From an uncultured bacterium (lineage in GTDB: Bacteria; Cyanobacteriota; Cyanobacteriia; Phormidesmidales; Phormidesmidaceae), in the NCBI GenBank assembly GCA_964590465.1, contig CAZPYG010000008.1, positions 15,418-79,417 on the forward strand: DNA of 64,000 nucleotides, written 5' to 3'. Below the pieces are notes generated by a model that ran no database searches, was not told the DNA's origin, and saw nothing but the letters and a program-made list of their open reading frames with translations. This document shows, in pieces, positions 55,601 to 64,000 of this stretch (its first letter is position 1; the number at the start of each line of letters is the position of its first letter). The position numbers were made by a program, and so were the translations under genes.

Positions 55601-55852
55601 GCTGACGGTGTCGCTATAAAAGGCCCTGAAGATGGTCTCAAGGCGGTGGGCTATTGTCTTGATGGCGTCCAGGCCGACGCTGGCGGAGCTGCCCTTGAGG
55701 GAATGGGCAGCTCGCATCATGGTATGGATAGTATTGGTATCCCGGGTTTGCCTCAGGGCTAAAATACCGGACTCAATGTCTTGCAGCAATTCCGGAGCTT
55801 CTTCAATAAAGAATTGATAGGCCTGATCGCGAATGTCAGAGTCAATAGTCAT
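52628..55852 (-). CDS. Hybrid CheA-type histidine kinase (Hpt - long acidic/Pro linker - HATPase - CheW-like - receiver), PilL/HmpE-like
   Basis: The ORF track starts at 55915. I prefer the ATG at 55852 (MTIDSDIRDQAYQFF). Hpt 'MMRAAHSLKGSSASVGL', 'DDGRGLN', 'SGRGVGLDIV', C-terminal REC 'VLVVDDAVTLR...ICDVEMPNMNGFEFL...DYLTKP'. Confidence 0.9.
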   Translation of the reverse strand: MTIDSDIRDQAYQFFIEEAPELLQDIESGILALRQTRDTNTIHTMMRAAHSLKGSSASVGLDAIKTIAHRLETIFRAFYSDTVSLNDGLETQLLQAYDCLRLPLMEQLQYGQFDAEQALEAAAPILSQLESQFSEAIAATANFLPSSADFGIDMAQSIFAVDVAEGLERLAAIVTDPSGQDLAEELRAQADTFSDFAELLGLSGFGDIAKTTLQALDRHPERALEIARLALADFQAGQREVLNQPGSQGGSPSPALLALVSENASGISRNGETDWSPEEAAELLSQLELEGDPDQVLAELGLLDQTVEDQTAEDLANHDLVEAEPISLTQSDLTPEEDLFSHAFDQLGALADLEPDLASTDEVMRPDARVPDPTIAAATPEASPEESAAVPALDAGGLAPEPTTASPPIPAKGISEPVLTGLTVRVEADRLNRMNNLMGELTINRNGVELQNSQLRGAVKELTGRFSRFQALVENLRRLSDQMLVSSERQHSRSLHMNGHSKGFRGSQQEEFDSLEMDNYTQLYTQTQTLLEELLQVEETVEDISLFSYQSDQMLGRHRKMLSQMQDELMWARMIPLAQVLNRFPRVLRDLSSRYGKPVTLDLNGTDILVDKAVLSKLYDPLVQLLRNSFDHGIESAEERRQQHKPEAGNITIQARYQGRQVILEVQDDGRGLNFERIRDRAAELGWLSPEAAATATPEQLSQLIFEPGFSTARQVSELSGRGVGLDIVRDQIHTLNGSITVTSTPGQGTTFTLPLPQTLSIINLLICFVGATPLAIRSDSIQEILVPAPDQLRQVGPRQFLAWQDHDLPAYKLSALLNYNCLMPEVPPSRVLATVPTPTNWKAPMLVLSRGDQAFALEVDRLVTEQEMVVKPFGTAIQSPLFAYGCTVLGDGSLVPVIDGPVLLDDMIRRGLVLLPQASEQEALAALAEQNAAHGPTGVTLQKLQATTVLVVDDAVTLRRALSLSLERTGYRVLQARDGQEALEQLQQNPTIRAIICDVEMPNMNGFEFLTKRRETPQFAQIPTLMLTSRGNDKHRRLAMKLGAVDYLTKPYLEQELLTALATHIDTQQEPGD

Positions 55853-56026
55853 AGCTGTTTCGCATATTGAGCGTAATACACCGTCGAGCCTGGGGCAGTT
55901 TCCCCGGGCGTCCAAACCTGGCGGATGGCTGCTATCAGGGGCGGGATTTGGGGCCTGGATAACTGAGCCCTTGATGATGCAGCCTGTTAGTCACCTTTTG
56001 GTTTAAGCGAAAGCCCTCCGAAAAAC

Positions 56027-59008
56027 CTAAGCCAGCTTAAATCGGTCGACTTCTTCCTGGAGGGTTTGAGCTACCTCATTTAGTTGCCCAAATGAGGTAG
56101 AAACCTGGTTCGCTTCCTGGGAGTTCTGATTGGCGATGGTGGCCACGCTGGTCATACTGGTGGTGACCGCCTCTGATGCTTTAGTCTGAAGGTCGGTAGC
56201 TTGGGTGATCGCCTCCACCAGGGTGCTGATTTTTTCACTGGCGGCGGTAATGCGGTTGAGGCTCTGGCGGGTTTCATCCACCAGTTCTGTACCATCCACC
56301 ACCTGCCTGGTGCCCACCTCCATGGCCAGGACCACGTCGTTGGTTTCGGTTTGAATGCTGGCCACAAGTTTCTCAATTTCGGTGGTTGCCTCCGCCGACT
56401 GGCGGGCCAGTTCACGCACCTCTTCGGCCACCACGGCAAAGCCCTTACCCCCTTCTCCGGCCCGGGATGCCTCAATGGAGGCATTCAGGGCCAGCATATT
56501 GGTTTGGGCGGCAAAGCCACTAATCAGGTTGACGACGTTAGAAATTTTCTGAGACGATTCGCCCAATCGCTTCACCTTTTTGGCGGTTTCAGCCACGGTT
56601 TCACGGATAGCCATAATCCCTTCTACGGTCCGGTTCATGGCCTGATCTCCCGACTCCACCGTTAAGGCGGCTTGCTGCACGGCTAACTCGGCTTCTTTAG
56701 CGTTGGCGGCGACCTGACTCACAGAGCTGGCCATGGACTGAGCCTGGTTCAGGGCAGACTCAATCTCCTGGGCCTGCTGCAGGGCAGAGGTCGAGAGCTG
56801 ACGAATGGACTGGTCGCTTGTGTTTGTGGTGGCCACCACCTGCTCAGCGGCAGATTTCACCTGCCCCACAATCTTGCGCAGACTGGAAATGGTGGCGTTG
56901 TAAGAGTCAGCAATGGTACCGATTTCGTCTTCGGTTACCTTGGCTCGAACCGTCAGGTCCCCTCGACTTACCGGGTCAACGTCCATCAGCAGTTGGAGGG
57001 CGTTCTGCTGCAGCCCTTCTTTAATCTGGCGCTGCTCTGCAGCCAGAGCTTCAGTGGTCTCCAGCAGCTGAATTCGGTCAATGACCAGACCAACCTGCCC
57101 CCCAAGCTGTTGCAGGAAACTGACATCCGTCTCCGACCAGCGGTAGCGGGACTGACAGTGGTGGGCAATCACCAGGCCGTAGAGTTGTCCTTGGGCTTTG
57201 ATGGGCACCGCCAGAATAGAGCGGACATCCAAGTTGTTGAGCAATTGTAAATGTTCGGGGTGGAACTCTTCCGAGAAGACGTCATCAACCCGCAGGACTT
57301 CATCGGCTAAATACTTTTCTCGGGTTCCCTCGGGGATACAGGCATCATTAAGCCCCTGTTCCAGGGCACGGGGGAATTTTTCCGCTACGGATTCAGCCGC
57401 AACGAATCCCTGCCAGTTTTGGCCAAACTGATAGACCACCACCCGGTCGGCCCCCAGAATTGCCCGTGCTTCCACCAGCACCTGGCTGAAAAGACCACTC
57501 AGTTCCGCTGAGTTAACGACATTGGCTCCGGTAATGTCTGCGAATAGTTTGGCTTTCTGGGTAGTCAGGGTCTGTTCTTCCAGAAACCCCTTGACCCGCT
57601 GCACCAGCTGGTTAAAGGTCTGGGCCAGGTTCTGGGTCTCTACGGTACCTTTGGGGTCGACCATGACATTCAGGTCCCCGGCTGACACCATCTGAGCTTT
57701 TTCGGATAGATCGTTCAGGGGAGACGAAAGCCGATTGGATAGACCCACTGTAATGAGCGTCGCTACCCCCCCCAGCAGGACGGCAATCAAACTAAATACC
57801 CCCAACAGCCCCCGGCCCTGGGCTCGGATTTCGGCGATGTCCATTGAGGCAATGGCCACCCAGTCTAAATTCGGGACCGTCGATAGGGCATACTGCTTGC
57901 CCTCATAAGCGAAGGAAACTACAAACCCCTGGCCGGCTTCGCCCCCCGGCAGCTCGCGCACCTGCAGTCGGCGAATAGGCTCAATCCCCTGCAAACGACT
58001 GGTTAAGTCTTCGACGCTGGTCCCCTGGACCCCTTGTACGGCCTCAATCACTTGGGCCGTCACCTCAGCCACGGTGCGGCCTCCGATTACCAGCAGTGCG
58101 CTACCGGTGTCTTCGGGTACTGTTGCCCCCTCTTCCGAGAAGGTCGCCAGAGCAAACCCCGAGCTTACATCCAGCAGCTGCACCCGCTGCGATCCGGTGA
58201 TCCCGGCATCTCGTAGATAACTCGTCAGAAAGTCCAGGGAACTCGAGCTGATGAATCCCCTTAATACGCCTAAGAACTCGCCGGTATCAGAATCTCCAAT
58301 CCGCTGACTGAGGGCAAACCCGAAAGCATCTACCGATTCATCCGTCTCAGGATCGCCGATCCATTGAGACTGGGCCTTACCCTGCTGCCACCAGGTATCT
58401 CGATACTGCACAAACCCAGAGGGAGGAGTATTGTAACCAACGGTTAATCCGTGGCGCTCGGTCAACAGCAGTTCAGCAAAACCTTCTGTCTCAGCCAGCT
58501 GCCTGAAGTAGTCATTCAGGGCCTGGTTCGAATTCACTTGTTTACGATCTGAGAAGCGAGCTTCTAGAGCCTCCACCGACTCCTGGGGCAGACCTTCTTG
58601 ATCAGCAAAATCAGCCGCTGCCTCCGCCAGGTTTTTAATAAAGGGGCTGATAGCTAAGCTTTCCAGCATTTCCAGCTCTTGCTCAACCGCCTCGCTTACC
58701 CCTGCACTGGTCAATAGTGTTTGCCCTTCTAGCTGAGCGTTGACCTGAGATTGCGCCCGGTTTTGCGTAATCGCATAACCGGCCATACTGGCTACCACCA
58801 GGGGAGCTAGAGATAGTGGCAAAACGGTATTCAGTAGCTGCCTACTCAGGGTGGACGGGCGCATAGCCCCGAGCCCTTTCCAGAAGCCACTCTGAGCTTG
58901 CATTTCGGGACCTTCATTGGCCGGCACTACGATTACCTCAGGCCGCGTCGTTGAATCAGCATTGCGAGTGCCATCTTCGAGGGTAGAGCGTACGGGAATC
59001 TGAGTCAT
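56027..59008 (-). CDS. Methyl-accepting chemotaxis protein with a large periplasmic domain, HAMP, one GAF and the MCP signalling domain (PilJ/HmpD-like)
   Basis: 993 aa. Two TM segments. '[17 protein letters not shown]' (HAMP). GAF '[27 protein letters not shown]'. Signalling hairpin '[34 protein letters not shown]'. Confidence 0.9.
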   Translation of the reverse strand: MTQIPVRSTLEDGTRNADSTTRPEVIVVPANEGPEMQAQSGFWKGLGAMRPSTLSRQLLNTVLPLSLAPLVVASMAGYAITQNRAQSQVNAQLEGQTLLTSAGVSEAVEQELEMLESLAISPFIKNLAEAAADFADQEGLPQESVEALEARFSDRKQVNSNQALNDYFRQLAETEGFAELLLTERHGLTVGYNTPPSGFVQYRDTWWQQGKAQSQWIGDPETDESVDAFGFALSQRIGDSDTGEFLGVLRGFISSSSLDFLTSYLRDAGITGSQRVQLLDVSSGFALATFSEEGATVPEDTGSALLVIGGRTVAEVTAQVIEAVQGVQGTSVEDLTSRLQGIEPIRRLQVRELPGGEAGQGFVVSFAYEGKQYALSTVPNLDWVAIASMDIAEIRAQGRGLLGVFSLIAVLLGGVATLITVGLSNRLSSPLNDLSEKAQMVSAGDLNVMVDPKGTVETQNLAQTFNQLVQRVKGFLEEQTLTTQKAKLFADITGANVVNSAELSGLFSQVLVEARAILGADRVVVYQFGQNWQGFVAAESVAEKFPRALEQGLNDACIPEGTREKYLADEVLRVDDVFSEEFHPEHLQLLNNLDVRSILAVPIKAQGQLYGLVIAHHCQSRYRWSETDVSFLQQLGGQVGLVIDRIQLLETTEALAAEQRQIKEGLQQNALQLLMDVDPVSRGDLTVRAKVTEDEIGTIADSYNATISSLRKIVGQVKSAAEQVVATTNTSDQSIRQLSTSALQQAQEIESALNQAQSMASSVSQVAANAKEAELAVQQAALTVESGDQAMNRTVEGIMAIRETVAETAKKVKRLGESSQKISNVVNLISGFAAQTNMLALNASIEASRAGEGGKGFAVVAEEVRELARQSAEATTEIEKLVASIQTETNDVVLAMEVGTRQVVDGTELVDETRQSLNRITAASEKISTLVEAITQATDLQTKASEAVTTSMTSVATIANQNSQEANQVSTSFGQLNEVAQTLQEEVDRFKLA

Positions 59009-59130
59009 GGTGTAAACCTTGTTGCAATGAGCCTTTCTATCTATACGGAATGTGCGTAACCCACTCCCCTAGGGCCTGCGGTGTGGGCAGGCAAAAAAAG
59101 AACTTTGTTCTAAACCAGAAAACAACAGGA

Positions 59131-60144
59131 TTAGGGTGATTGCTGGTCCCAACTGCGCAGTTTTAGTTCTTCGACCAGTTGGCCAATGGCGGTGTAATTT
59201 ACTGCCGGCACAAAACTTTCAATGCCAGCAGCGGTCAGGGCGGGGCTATCCACTGGCATATCTATCAGGGTCTGCCTGACGGATTCGATCAGTTCTGGTG
59301 AGGCATTGCTAGTAGCAGATATAGGCCAGGTGGGGTAAAGGGGGGTCGTGTGGTTGTAGATAAACCCTCCGTCTTGCTTGGGATTCAAGACCCGAACCTG
59401 GTCGACCTCAGTGAGTAAATTACTGGCGACCATGCTTTCCAGTTGGCCTGTACGAACAAAGCCGAAATCGATGTCACCGTCGATCACTTTGAGAACAATA
59501 TCGTTCTGAGACGGAATTTCTGCAAGACTTTCGAAGTCTAAAAAAGGATTAATACCATTTTGCTGCACGTAGAGGATCTGGAATAAACAGCCTGCCGCCG
59601 CCGTCTCCAGGGATACACAGGCTCCTTTTTTACCGGCTAAATCGGCAACACTGGTGATGGCGCTATCGCTTCTAACGATAATTTGACCACCAAATTCAGT
59701 GCCGGTATCAGGCAGCGACTGAGTGGCAATCAGCTCCGTACCATAGAGCCGTTGAATTTGCACTGAAGCCAGGGGATTACTGATTAAAAAGTCAATTCTG
59801 CCTTGTTCAACTTCTAGAAATTGGCTTTCCTGAGCTAATGGAACCAGCAAAAAAGGACGTCCAACTTGCTGAGATAAGTAGTTTAGAATGGGTTCATACT
59901 GTTGGCGGGTAGTCTCAATATTACGAATCACCAGAGCGCCTACCTGAACCGCATCATCTGAACTGCGACCAGAAGTATTGTCGGCCACAGTATCTGAGTC
60001 TATAGCGTTATTTTGAGGGCTGCTACAGCTCACTAGCGACATCATCAATATAGTTGCCGTTCCAATGGCAAACGAAATTTTGCAAAATCGTTGAAAAGAG
60101 AAAAGCTTCGTATATTCAACCTGAGACTTCCAGCCATTAACCAT
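59131..60144 (-). CDS. PhnD-like (phosphonate/periplasmic-binding-protein type 2) substrate-binding lipoprotein
   Basis: 337 aa. Lipobox-like 'MMSLVSCSS'. 'VQVGALVIRNIETTRQQYEPILNYLSQQVGRPFLLVP', 'GRIDFLISNPL', 'GGQIIVRSDSAITSVADLAGKKGACVS', 'GDIDFGFVRTG'. Confidence 0.6.
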   Translation of the reverse strand: MVNGWKSQVEYTKLFSFQRFCKISFAIGTATILMMSLVSCSSPQNNAIDSDTVADNTSGRSSDDAVQVGALVIRNIETTRQQYEPILNYLSQQVGRPFLLVPLAQESQFLEVEQGRIDFLISNPLASVQIQRLYGTELIATQSLPDTGTEFGGQIIVRSDSAITSVADLAGKKGACVSLETAAAGCLFQILYVQQNGINPFLDFESLAEIPSQNDIVLKVIDGDIDFGFVRTGQLESMVASNLLTEVDQVRVLNPKQDGGFIYNHTTPLYPTWPISATSNASPELIESVRQTLIDMPVDSPALTAAGIESFVPAVNYTAIGQLVEELKLRSWDQQSP

Positions 60145-60229
60145 TTTTTTTCCTTGTTTGGGAATCCTTAAATTCTTCCTATCAAAAAAAGTTTGATTTT
60201 TTTAAAACCCTGACGGTCTCGATACATTC

Positions 60230-60787
60230 TCAGCATGGCATGGCGCTTAGGATGGATTCACCTTTCAAAATCCACTCAGGCTGGCCATCTTCCCCGATGC
60301 GATATCCTTTCAAAAAGGGTCTGATTGTTTCGGGTAATCCTAAGTCATCAACAGATAACAATGACTCTGGTGCGCAAATAACCATGTTGTTCACCCGGTT
60401 AACCACAAGTCCTAACACTGGTTTCTCATCCGTAGAATGAGTGTCTTCAGACTCCTTTCTAAGCACTACAACATTGTGTTTTGAGACATAATTGTTTTGT
60501 TGGTGCCAGGGAACTAAACCCAGCAAATGGTTTAGGTCAACAACCCATAAGATGTCTCCTCGCCAGTTGTATACACCTGCCACCCAGGCTGGCATTTCAA
60601 ACATGGGCACAACCTGATTGACTGGAATAGTCAGAATTTCAACCAGATTGAGAACTGACAATAAAATAGGTGTTTCGATCTCAATCGTCAGGTGTAGAAA
60701 TTGCTTCTCAGGTGGTATGACCGGGACTTCATTGTCAACCATTACCGCTGCAGTATTATTAACCTTGAGTGACAAATTAGAATTCAT
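60230..60787 (-). CDS. CheW-like coupling protein (PilI/HmpC-like)
   Basis: 185 aa. 'VPMFEMPAWVAGVYNWRGDILWVVDLNHLLG'. Confidence 0.85.
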   Translation of the reverse strand: MNSNLSLKVNNTAAVMVDNEVPVIPPEKQFLHLTIEIETPILLSVLNLVEILTIPVNQVVPMFEMPAWVAGVYNWRGDILWVVDLNHLLGLVPWHQQNNYVSKHNVVVLRKESEDTHSTDEKPVLGLVVNRVNNMVICAPESLLSVDDLGLPETIRPFLKGYRIGEDGQPEWILKGESILSAMPC

Positions 60788-60796
60788 AGGGCAGAT

Positions 60797-61171
60797 TTAT
60801 TTAAAGGATAAGCCAAGCAGTTTTTGAATGGTTTCCATGAAATCCACCTGGTCGAGGGGCTTTGACAGATAGGCGTCTGCGCCCTGCTTCATGCCCCAAA
60901 ACTTGTCAATATCAGTACCTTTGGTAGAACAAATAAGGACTGGAATCTTCTTGGTACCCATTTCGTCCTTTAAATCCCGACAGATTTCATATCCGCTTCG
61001 GTCGGGAAGAATGACATCAAGAATGATCAGATCTAGCTGATTATTCTTGACCTTATCAAAGGCTTCTTCAGCATTTTGGGCAACGATAAAATTAATTCCT
61101 TGTCGCTGCAGGAAGCCGGTGATAATTTCTTTATCGGTCAAACTATCTTCTACAACCAGGGCAGTGGGCAT
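60797..61171 (-). CDS. CheY-like single-domain response regulator (PilH/HmpB-like)
   Basis: 124 aa. 'ALVVEDSLTD', 'DLIILDVILPDRSGYEI', 'VLICSTKG', 'ADAYLSKP'. Confidence 0.9.
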   Translation of the reverse strand: MPTALVVEDSLTDKEIITGFLQRQGINFIVAQNAEEAFDKVKNNQLDLIILDVILPDRSGYEICRDLKDEMGTKKIPVLICSTKGTDIDKFWGMKQGADAYLSKPLDQVDFMETIQKLLGLSFK

Positions 61172-61245
61172 AATAGGTTCCTGATAAACAATAAAATTTG
61201 TCTGGGTAAAAGCTGAGCCGGTGAGAAGGTTAAGTCACGGGATGC

Positions 61246-62445
61246 TTAACAAACTGACACCGACGCTTCTAAATATCGGCGAGTCGTACTTAAAATGATG
61301 GCCGAATCGACCGGTTTACTGATGAAATCAGTTGCTCCCATTAATCGTGCTCGTACCTGATCTACAACGCCGTCATTACCACTCAGGATAATAATCGGAG
61401 TGTTGCTAAACTTAGAGAGTTTTCGCAGTTGGCTACAAATTTCATAGCCGTTTGTGTGGGGCATTACCAAATCTAAAAATATAATGTCTGGCTTCTTTGC
61501 AAGGAGCGTTGGAATAGCCCGTTGAGCATCTAAAACAGAGATGTATCGATAGCCTTCTGATTTAACAATCCTTTCCATGGTTTGGCAAACCAGAGGGCTG
61601 TCGTCAACACAGGCAATTAGCCCCCAATCTTTTTCAGCAGCAACGGTTTTGTTTCGAACCTCAGTAGATTCAATCGATGGCGCGCAGTCTGGAATATCAA
61701 GCAATTCGATCCACTCAAGTTGAATGAACATTTTTAATGCTTGAGTAATTTGCACGACATCTCGATTGGTCTTGAGGGCTACGTCTCGCAGGGTATTGCG
61801 GCCATCCAACAGGGTAGTTAGCACCTGATGCAGTTGCTTATTTACTTTTTCCTGTATCTTCTTAGGTTTTCTAATGACTGGCGCTTGATCCGGAGAATAA
61901 TGATGAAGATTAGATTTATCCCAAGCTTCCCAAAGTTGAAATGCCTTCCTTAACAGATCTTCTTGGTCTAAATAGAAGTTGGATGAAGCTGGCAAAATAT
62001 CGGAATTCTTGACCACCTTATATCTGATTTTTCTCGCCAGTAGTATATCAAATAAGACCTCTGATAATATGCCCTGAACCAAGCCAACGGCTTGCCCTAT
62101 CTGAATTTCGCCTGTCTTTATTAATGCACACAATTGTAAATATTCTTGATGCTCTAATAGCTCTAGATTACTGTTACTCAAGAGCTCAAGACCAGACAGT
62201 TTCGAGATTGCTTCAAGACTGAAATGCTGCTGCTGTAAGTGTCTACGCCATCGTCTGAGTTTATGCTTGCCGCCGCCTGCATATAGCAAACGTCCATGCT
62301 CATAAAAGCAAATCCATTGATCATTACTATTCTCCCAGATGATTTTTCCGGAAAAATCGATGTCTTTTAAAGCCCTGAATAGCTTCAATTTCTTGGCTTC
62401 AGAGATAATAAATAATGAATCGTTATGGGAAGAAGATGACCACAT
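61246..62445 (-). CDS. PatA-type response regulator (N-terminal PATAN/DUF4388-like domain + C-terminal receiver; PilG/HmpA-like)
   Basis: 399 aa. The receiver is at the C-terminus: 'IACVDDSPLV...DIIFLDLVMPHTNGYEI...IIILSGNDG...TDFISKP'. The roughly 270-aa N-terminal domain is typical of PatA-subfamily regulators that head cyanobacterial taxis operons. Confidence 0.8.
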   Translation of the reverse strand: MWSSSSHNDSLFIISEAKKLKLFRALKDIDFSGKIIWENSNDQWICFYEHGRLLYAGGGKHKLRRWRRHLQQQHFSLEAISKLSGLELLSNSNLELLEHQEYLQLCALIKTGEIQIGQAVGLVQGILSEVLFDILLARKIRYKVVKNSDILPASSNFYLDQEDLLRKAFQLWEAWDKSNLHHYSPDQAPVIRKPKKIQEKVNKQLHQVLTTLLDGRNTLRDVALKTNRDVVQITQALKMFIQLEWIELLDIPDCAPSIESTEVRNKTVAAEKDWGLIACVDDSPLVCQTMERIVKSEGYRYISVLDAQRAIPTLLAKKPDIIFLDLVMPHTNGYEICSQLRKLSKFSNTPIIILSGNDGVVDQVRARLMGATDFISKPVDSAIILSTTRRYLEASVSVC

Positions 62446-62982
62446 TTTAATTCTCTTAACAAGAATATTGTTTGGCAGATGATGTCAAGCCGACTAGGAG
62501 AATCCAGGCTTGGACGCGTATGCCAAAACCCAGGCTACTAAATCTGGAGAAGTTAGAAAAGTGAACTGAATATGGGAAGCGATGCTAACTCTTAAATCCT
62601 GAAATTATATTTTCTTTAGACTAAATAAACGATTTTTGAATGGGACGTATGGAAAACTCTTGCTATACAAGTGATTCAGGAAACTTTCAGGCCTCATACA
62701 AGTAAGAACCACCATAGGTTTCACCTACAGAGGTTTGCCAACTGTGCCTGGGTTAGGATCAAGCCGTTGACTGTTAGTGACGAGCACTATTATGTCAACT
62801 TCACCCGATGGAGAACAAGGACTGGACGACAGAAATACCAGGAATTTATGTCTATCTAGAAAATATCAAGGTAAATCAATTTAAGACAAAAATGTCCGGA
62901 TTAATATCCGATTGACAGAATATTGAAATCTAGATATTGCATGACTTCGCAGTTAACATGGGAGCGAAAAGAAAGTCCTACC

Positions 62983-64000
62983 TCAAAATCCCAGGTTTAA
63001 TCCCTCGGGAGACTGATCGGGGAGGGGGGAGGGGGAACTATCGTAGGTTTCCCCTGGCGTCTCTTCTTGCTGTAACAGTTCTCCCAGAGGGTCGTGAGGG
63101 GGAGTAGAGTCAGAAGATTGCTCGGGTTGAGGCTGGCTTTGAGAAGGGGGCCCTTGCTCGGCAGAATTAACTATCACCGGAGGATTGGGAGTGGGGTCAA
63201 AGGTTTCGAAGGTAACCGCCCGCAGAATGGGGGGATTCTGGCCATCGCTAACCCGTAGAGTTACGGTTGTGGTGCCTGTGGGGCCCAGAGGCAGAGGCAA
63301 CATTCCCTGCAGACCCACCGAGCCGGGAGAAGGAAGCAACTCTACCGTTGCCGTGGAGCCGCCCTCTACCTGCCAACCAATCCGAAAGCCAGGAATGGGT
63401 TGCCCCTGGTCTACGGGGATGAGATACTTCGGTTCGGCATTCTGACCATTCACCGTAAACGAGGCGATGCGTACGGGACGGGGTTGAATTTCTACGACCT
63501 CGCTGACCTGGGATTCTGGGATAGCGCCGGCCTCCTCAAGGCCGACGGGAACTGCGGTCAGTTCAAACTTATATTTACCGACCTGGGTCATGCCGGTGGG
63601 TACTCCCTGACACACCAGGGTGTTTTCCAAGCGGCAAAACGGCTGGAGTTCCTGGGGTACGGCAACGTTATCTGGCGCTTCCGGGTCACGGAAACTGAAC
63701 CGTCGGCCTCCAATCGCTGTACCGTCGGCCTGTTTCACAATCAGCAGCAAGTCTTGCAGGGCCTCAGGGTGATTCACTATCCAGCTCACCAGGATGCCGG
63801 CCTGGGTGACTGGGGGGGCCAGGGCCGGATTGTTCGCCGACACCTGGGTACCCGCCTCTGAATAGATCACCTGCTGGGGGGCCAGTTCAACCACGGTTGG
63901 ATCGGGGATATCAACAATGGTGACCACGCTGCTGGTTGCCTCCACCGGCGGCAGGTTCAAGGCGGTCTCGGGTAACAGGGATAGCTCAAAGGTGTACTGC
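62983..64000 (-). CDS. Hypothetical protein (5' end off the window) with beta-rich repeat modules and a P/Q/S-rich C-terminal tail
   Basis: The ORF track starts at 63960 (TTG). The frame stays open upstream to base 64000 ('QYTFELSLLPETA' precedes it), so the gene is partial. 'QYTFELSLLP' and 'KYKFELTAVP' suggest repeated Ig-like modules. Confidence 0.5.
   Translation of the reverse strand, partial: QYTFELSLLPETALNLPPVEATSSVVTIVDIPDPTVVELAPQQVIYSEAGTQVSANNPALAPPVTQAGILVSWIVNHPEALQDLLLIVKQADGTAIGGRRFSFRDPEAPDNVAVPQELQPFCRLENTLVCQGVPTGMTQVGKYKFELTAVPVGLEEAGAIPESQVSEVVEIQPRPVRIASFTVNGQNAEPKYLIPVDQGQPIPGFRIGWQVEGGSTATVELLPSPGSVGLQGMLPLPLGPTGTTTVTLRVSDGQNPPILRAVTFETFDPTPNPPVIVNSAEQGPPSQSQPQPEQSSDSTPPHDPLGELLQQEETPGETYDSSPSPLPDQSPEGLNLGF

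Noticed and set aside
52731-55817. Plus-strand ORFs of 61-192 aa inside the cheA-like gene, and the 21-codon N-terminal extension (55853-55915)
   Set aside because: They are antisense to a gene with complete Hpt/HATPase/CheW/REC motifs. The extension 'MDARGNCPRLDGVLRSICETA' precedes a conserved-looking start, MTIDSDIRDQAYQFF.
57050-57560. GAF domain of the MCP as a cyanobacteriochrome (bilin photosensor, PixJ-type)
   Set aside because: At the position of the canonical chromophore-binding Cys-His, the sequence reads 'FHPEHLQLL', with no Cys. The only nearby Cys residues ('NDACIP', 'AHHCQS') are in contexts also found in non-photosensory GAFs. I therefore did not call it a photoreceptor. A proper alignment is still needed.

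Overview
This window looks like a cyanobacterial chromosome segment. The evidence is gene content: a PatA-type/CheY/CheW/MCP/hybrid-CheA type IV pilus taxis operon, DUF2811- and DUF3598-like genes, and a short SSB. It splits into two parts.

(1) Bases 1-31200 are accessory and more AT-rich than the rest. They hold the 5' part of a type I PKS that starts with two FMN-type enoyl-reductase/nitronate-monooxygenase-like domains before KS-AT. Next come a TPR gene and a PqqD-like/polytopic-membrane/HlyD fusion. After that is a dense block with three paralogous sulfotransferase-like genes, two paralogous GHSQGG alpha/beta-hydrolases, two paralogous beta-propeller-like proteins and a Rieske oxygenase. 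The part ends with three secreted proteins carrying pre-peptidase C-terminal (PPC) domains and a Cys-type sulfatase that sits in a still more AT-rich sub-island.

(2) Bases 31300-64000 are mostly housekeeping. Genes read here are ssb, mreBCD, purD, rpmB, pgl, an FHA protein, parA-like, a TPMT-like methyltransferase, LD-carboxypeptidase, rpmG-rpsR, RNase II, a PAS-GAF-GGDEF cyclase, a fourth sulfotransferase plus ChrA, and the taxis operon.

The best candidate for an undescribed system is the twice-repeated sulfotransferase/hydrolase/propeller module with the Rieske oxygenase, next to the atypical PKS. Other points worth a second look:
- a 169-bp MITE with 14-bp terminal inverted repeats and a 9-bp target-site duplication
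- a DnaA-box cluster beside an AT-rich tract
- a single-base frameshift splitting a DUF3598-like gene
- a PhnD-like binding protein inside the taxis operon

I found no rRNA, tRNA or CRISPR array. All functional calls come from motifs I read in the translations; no database search was possible.
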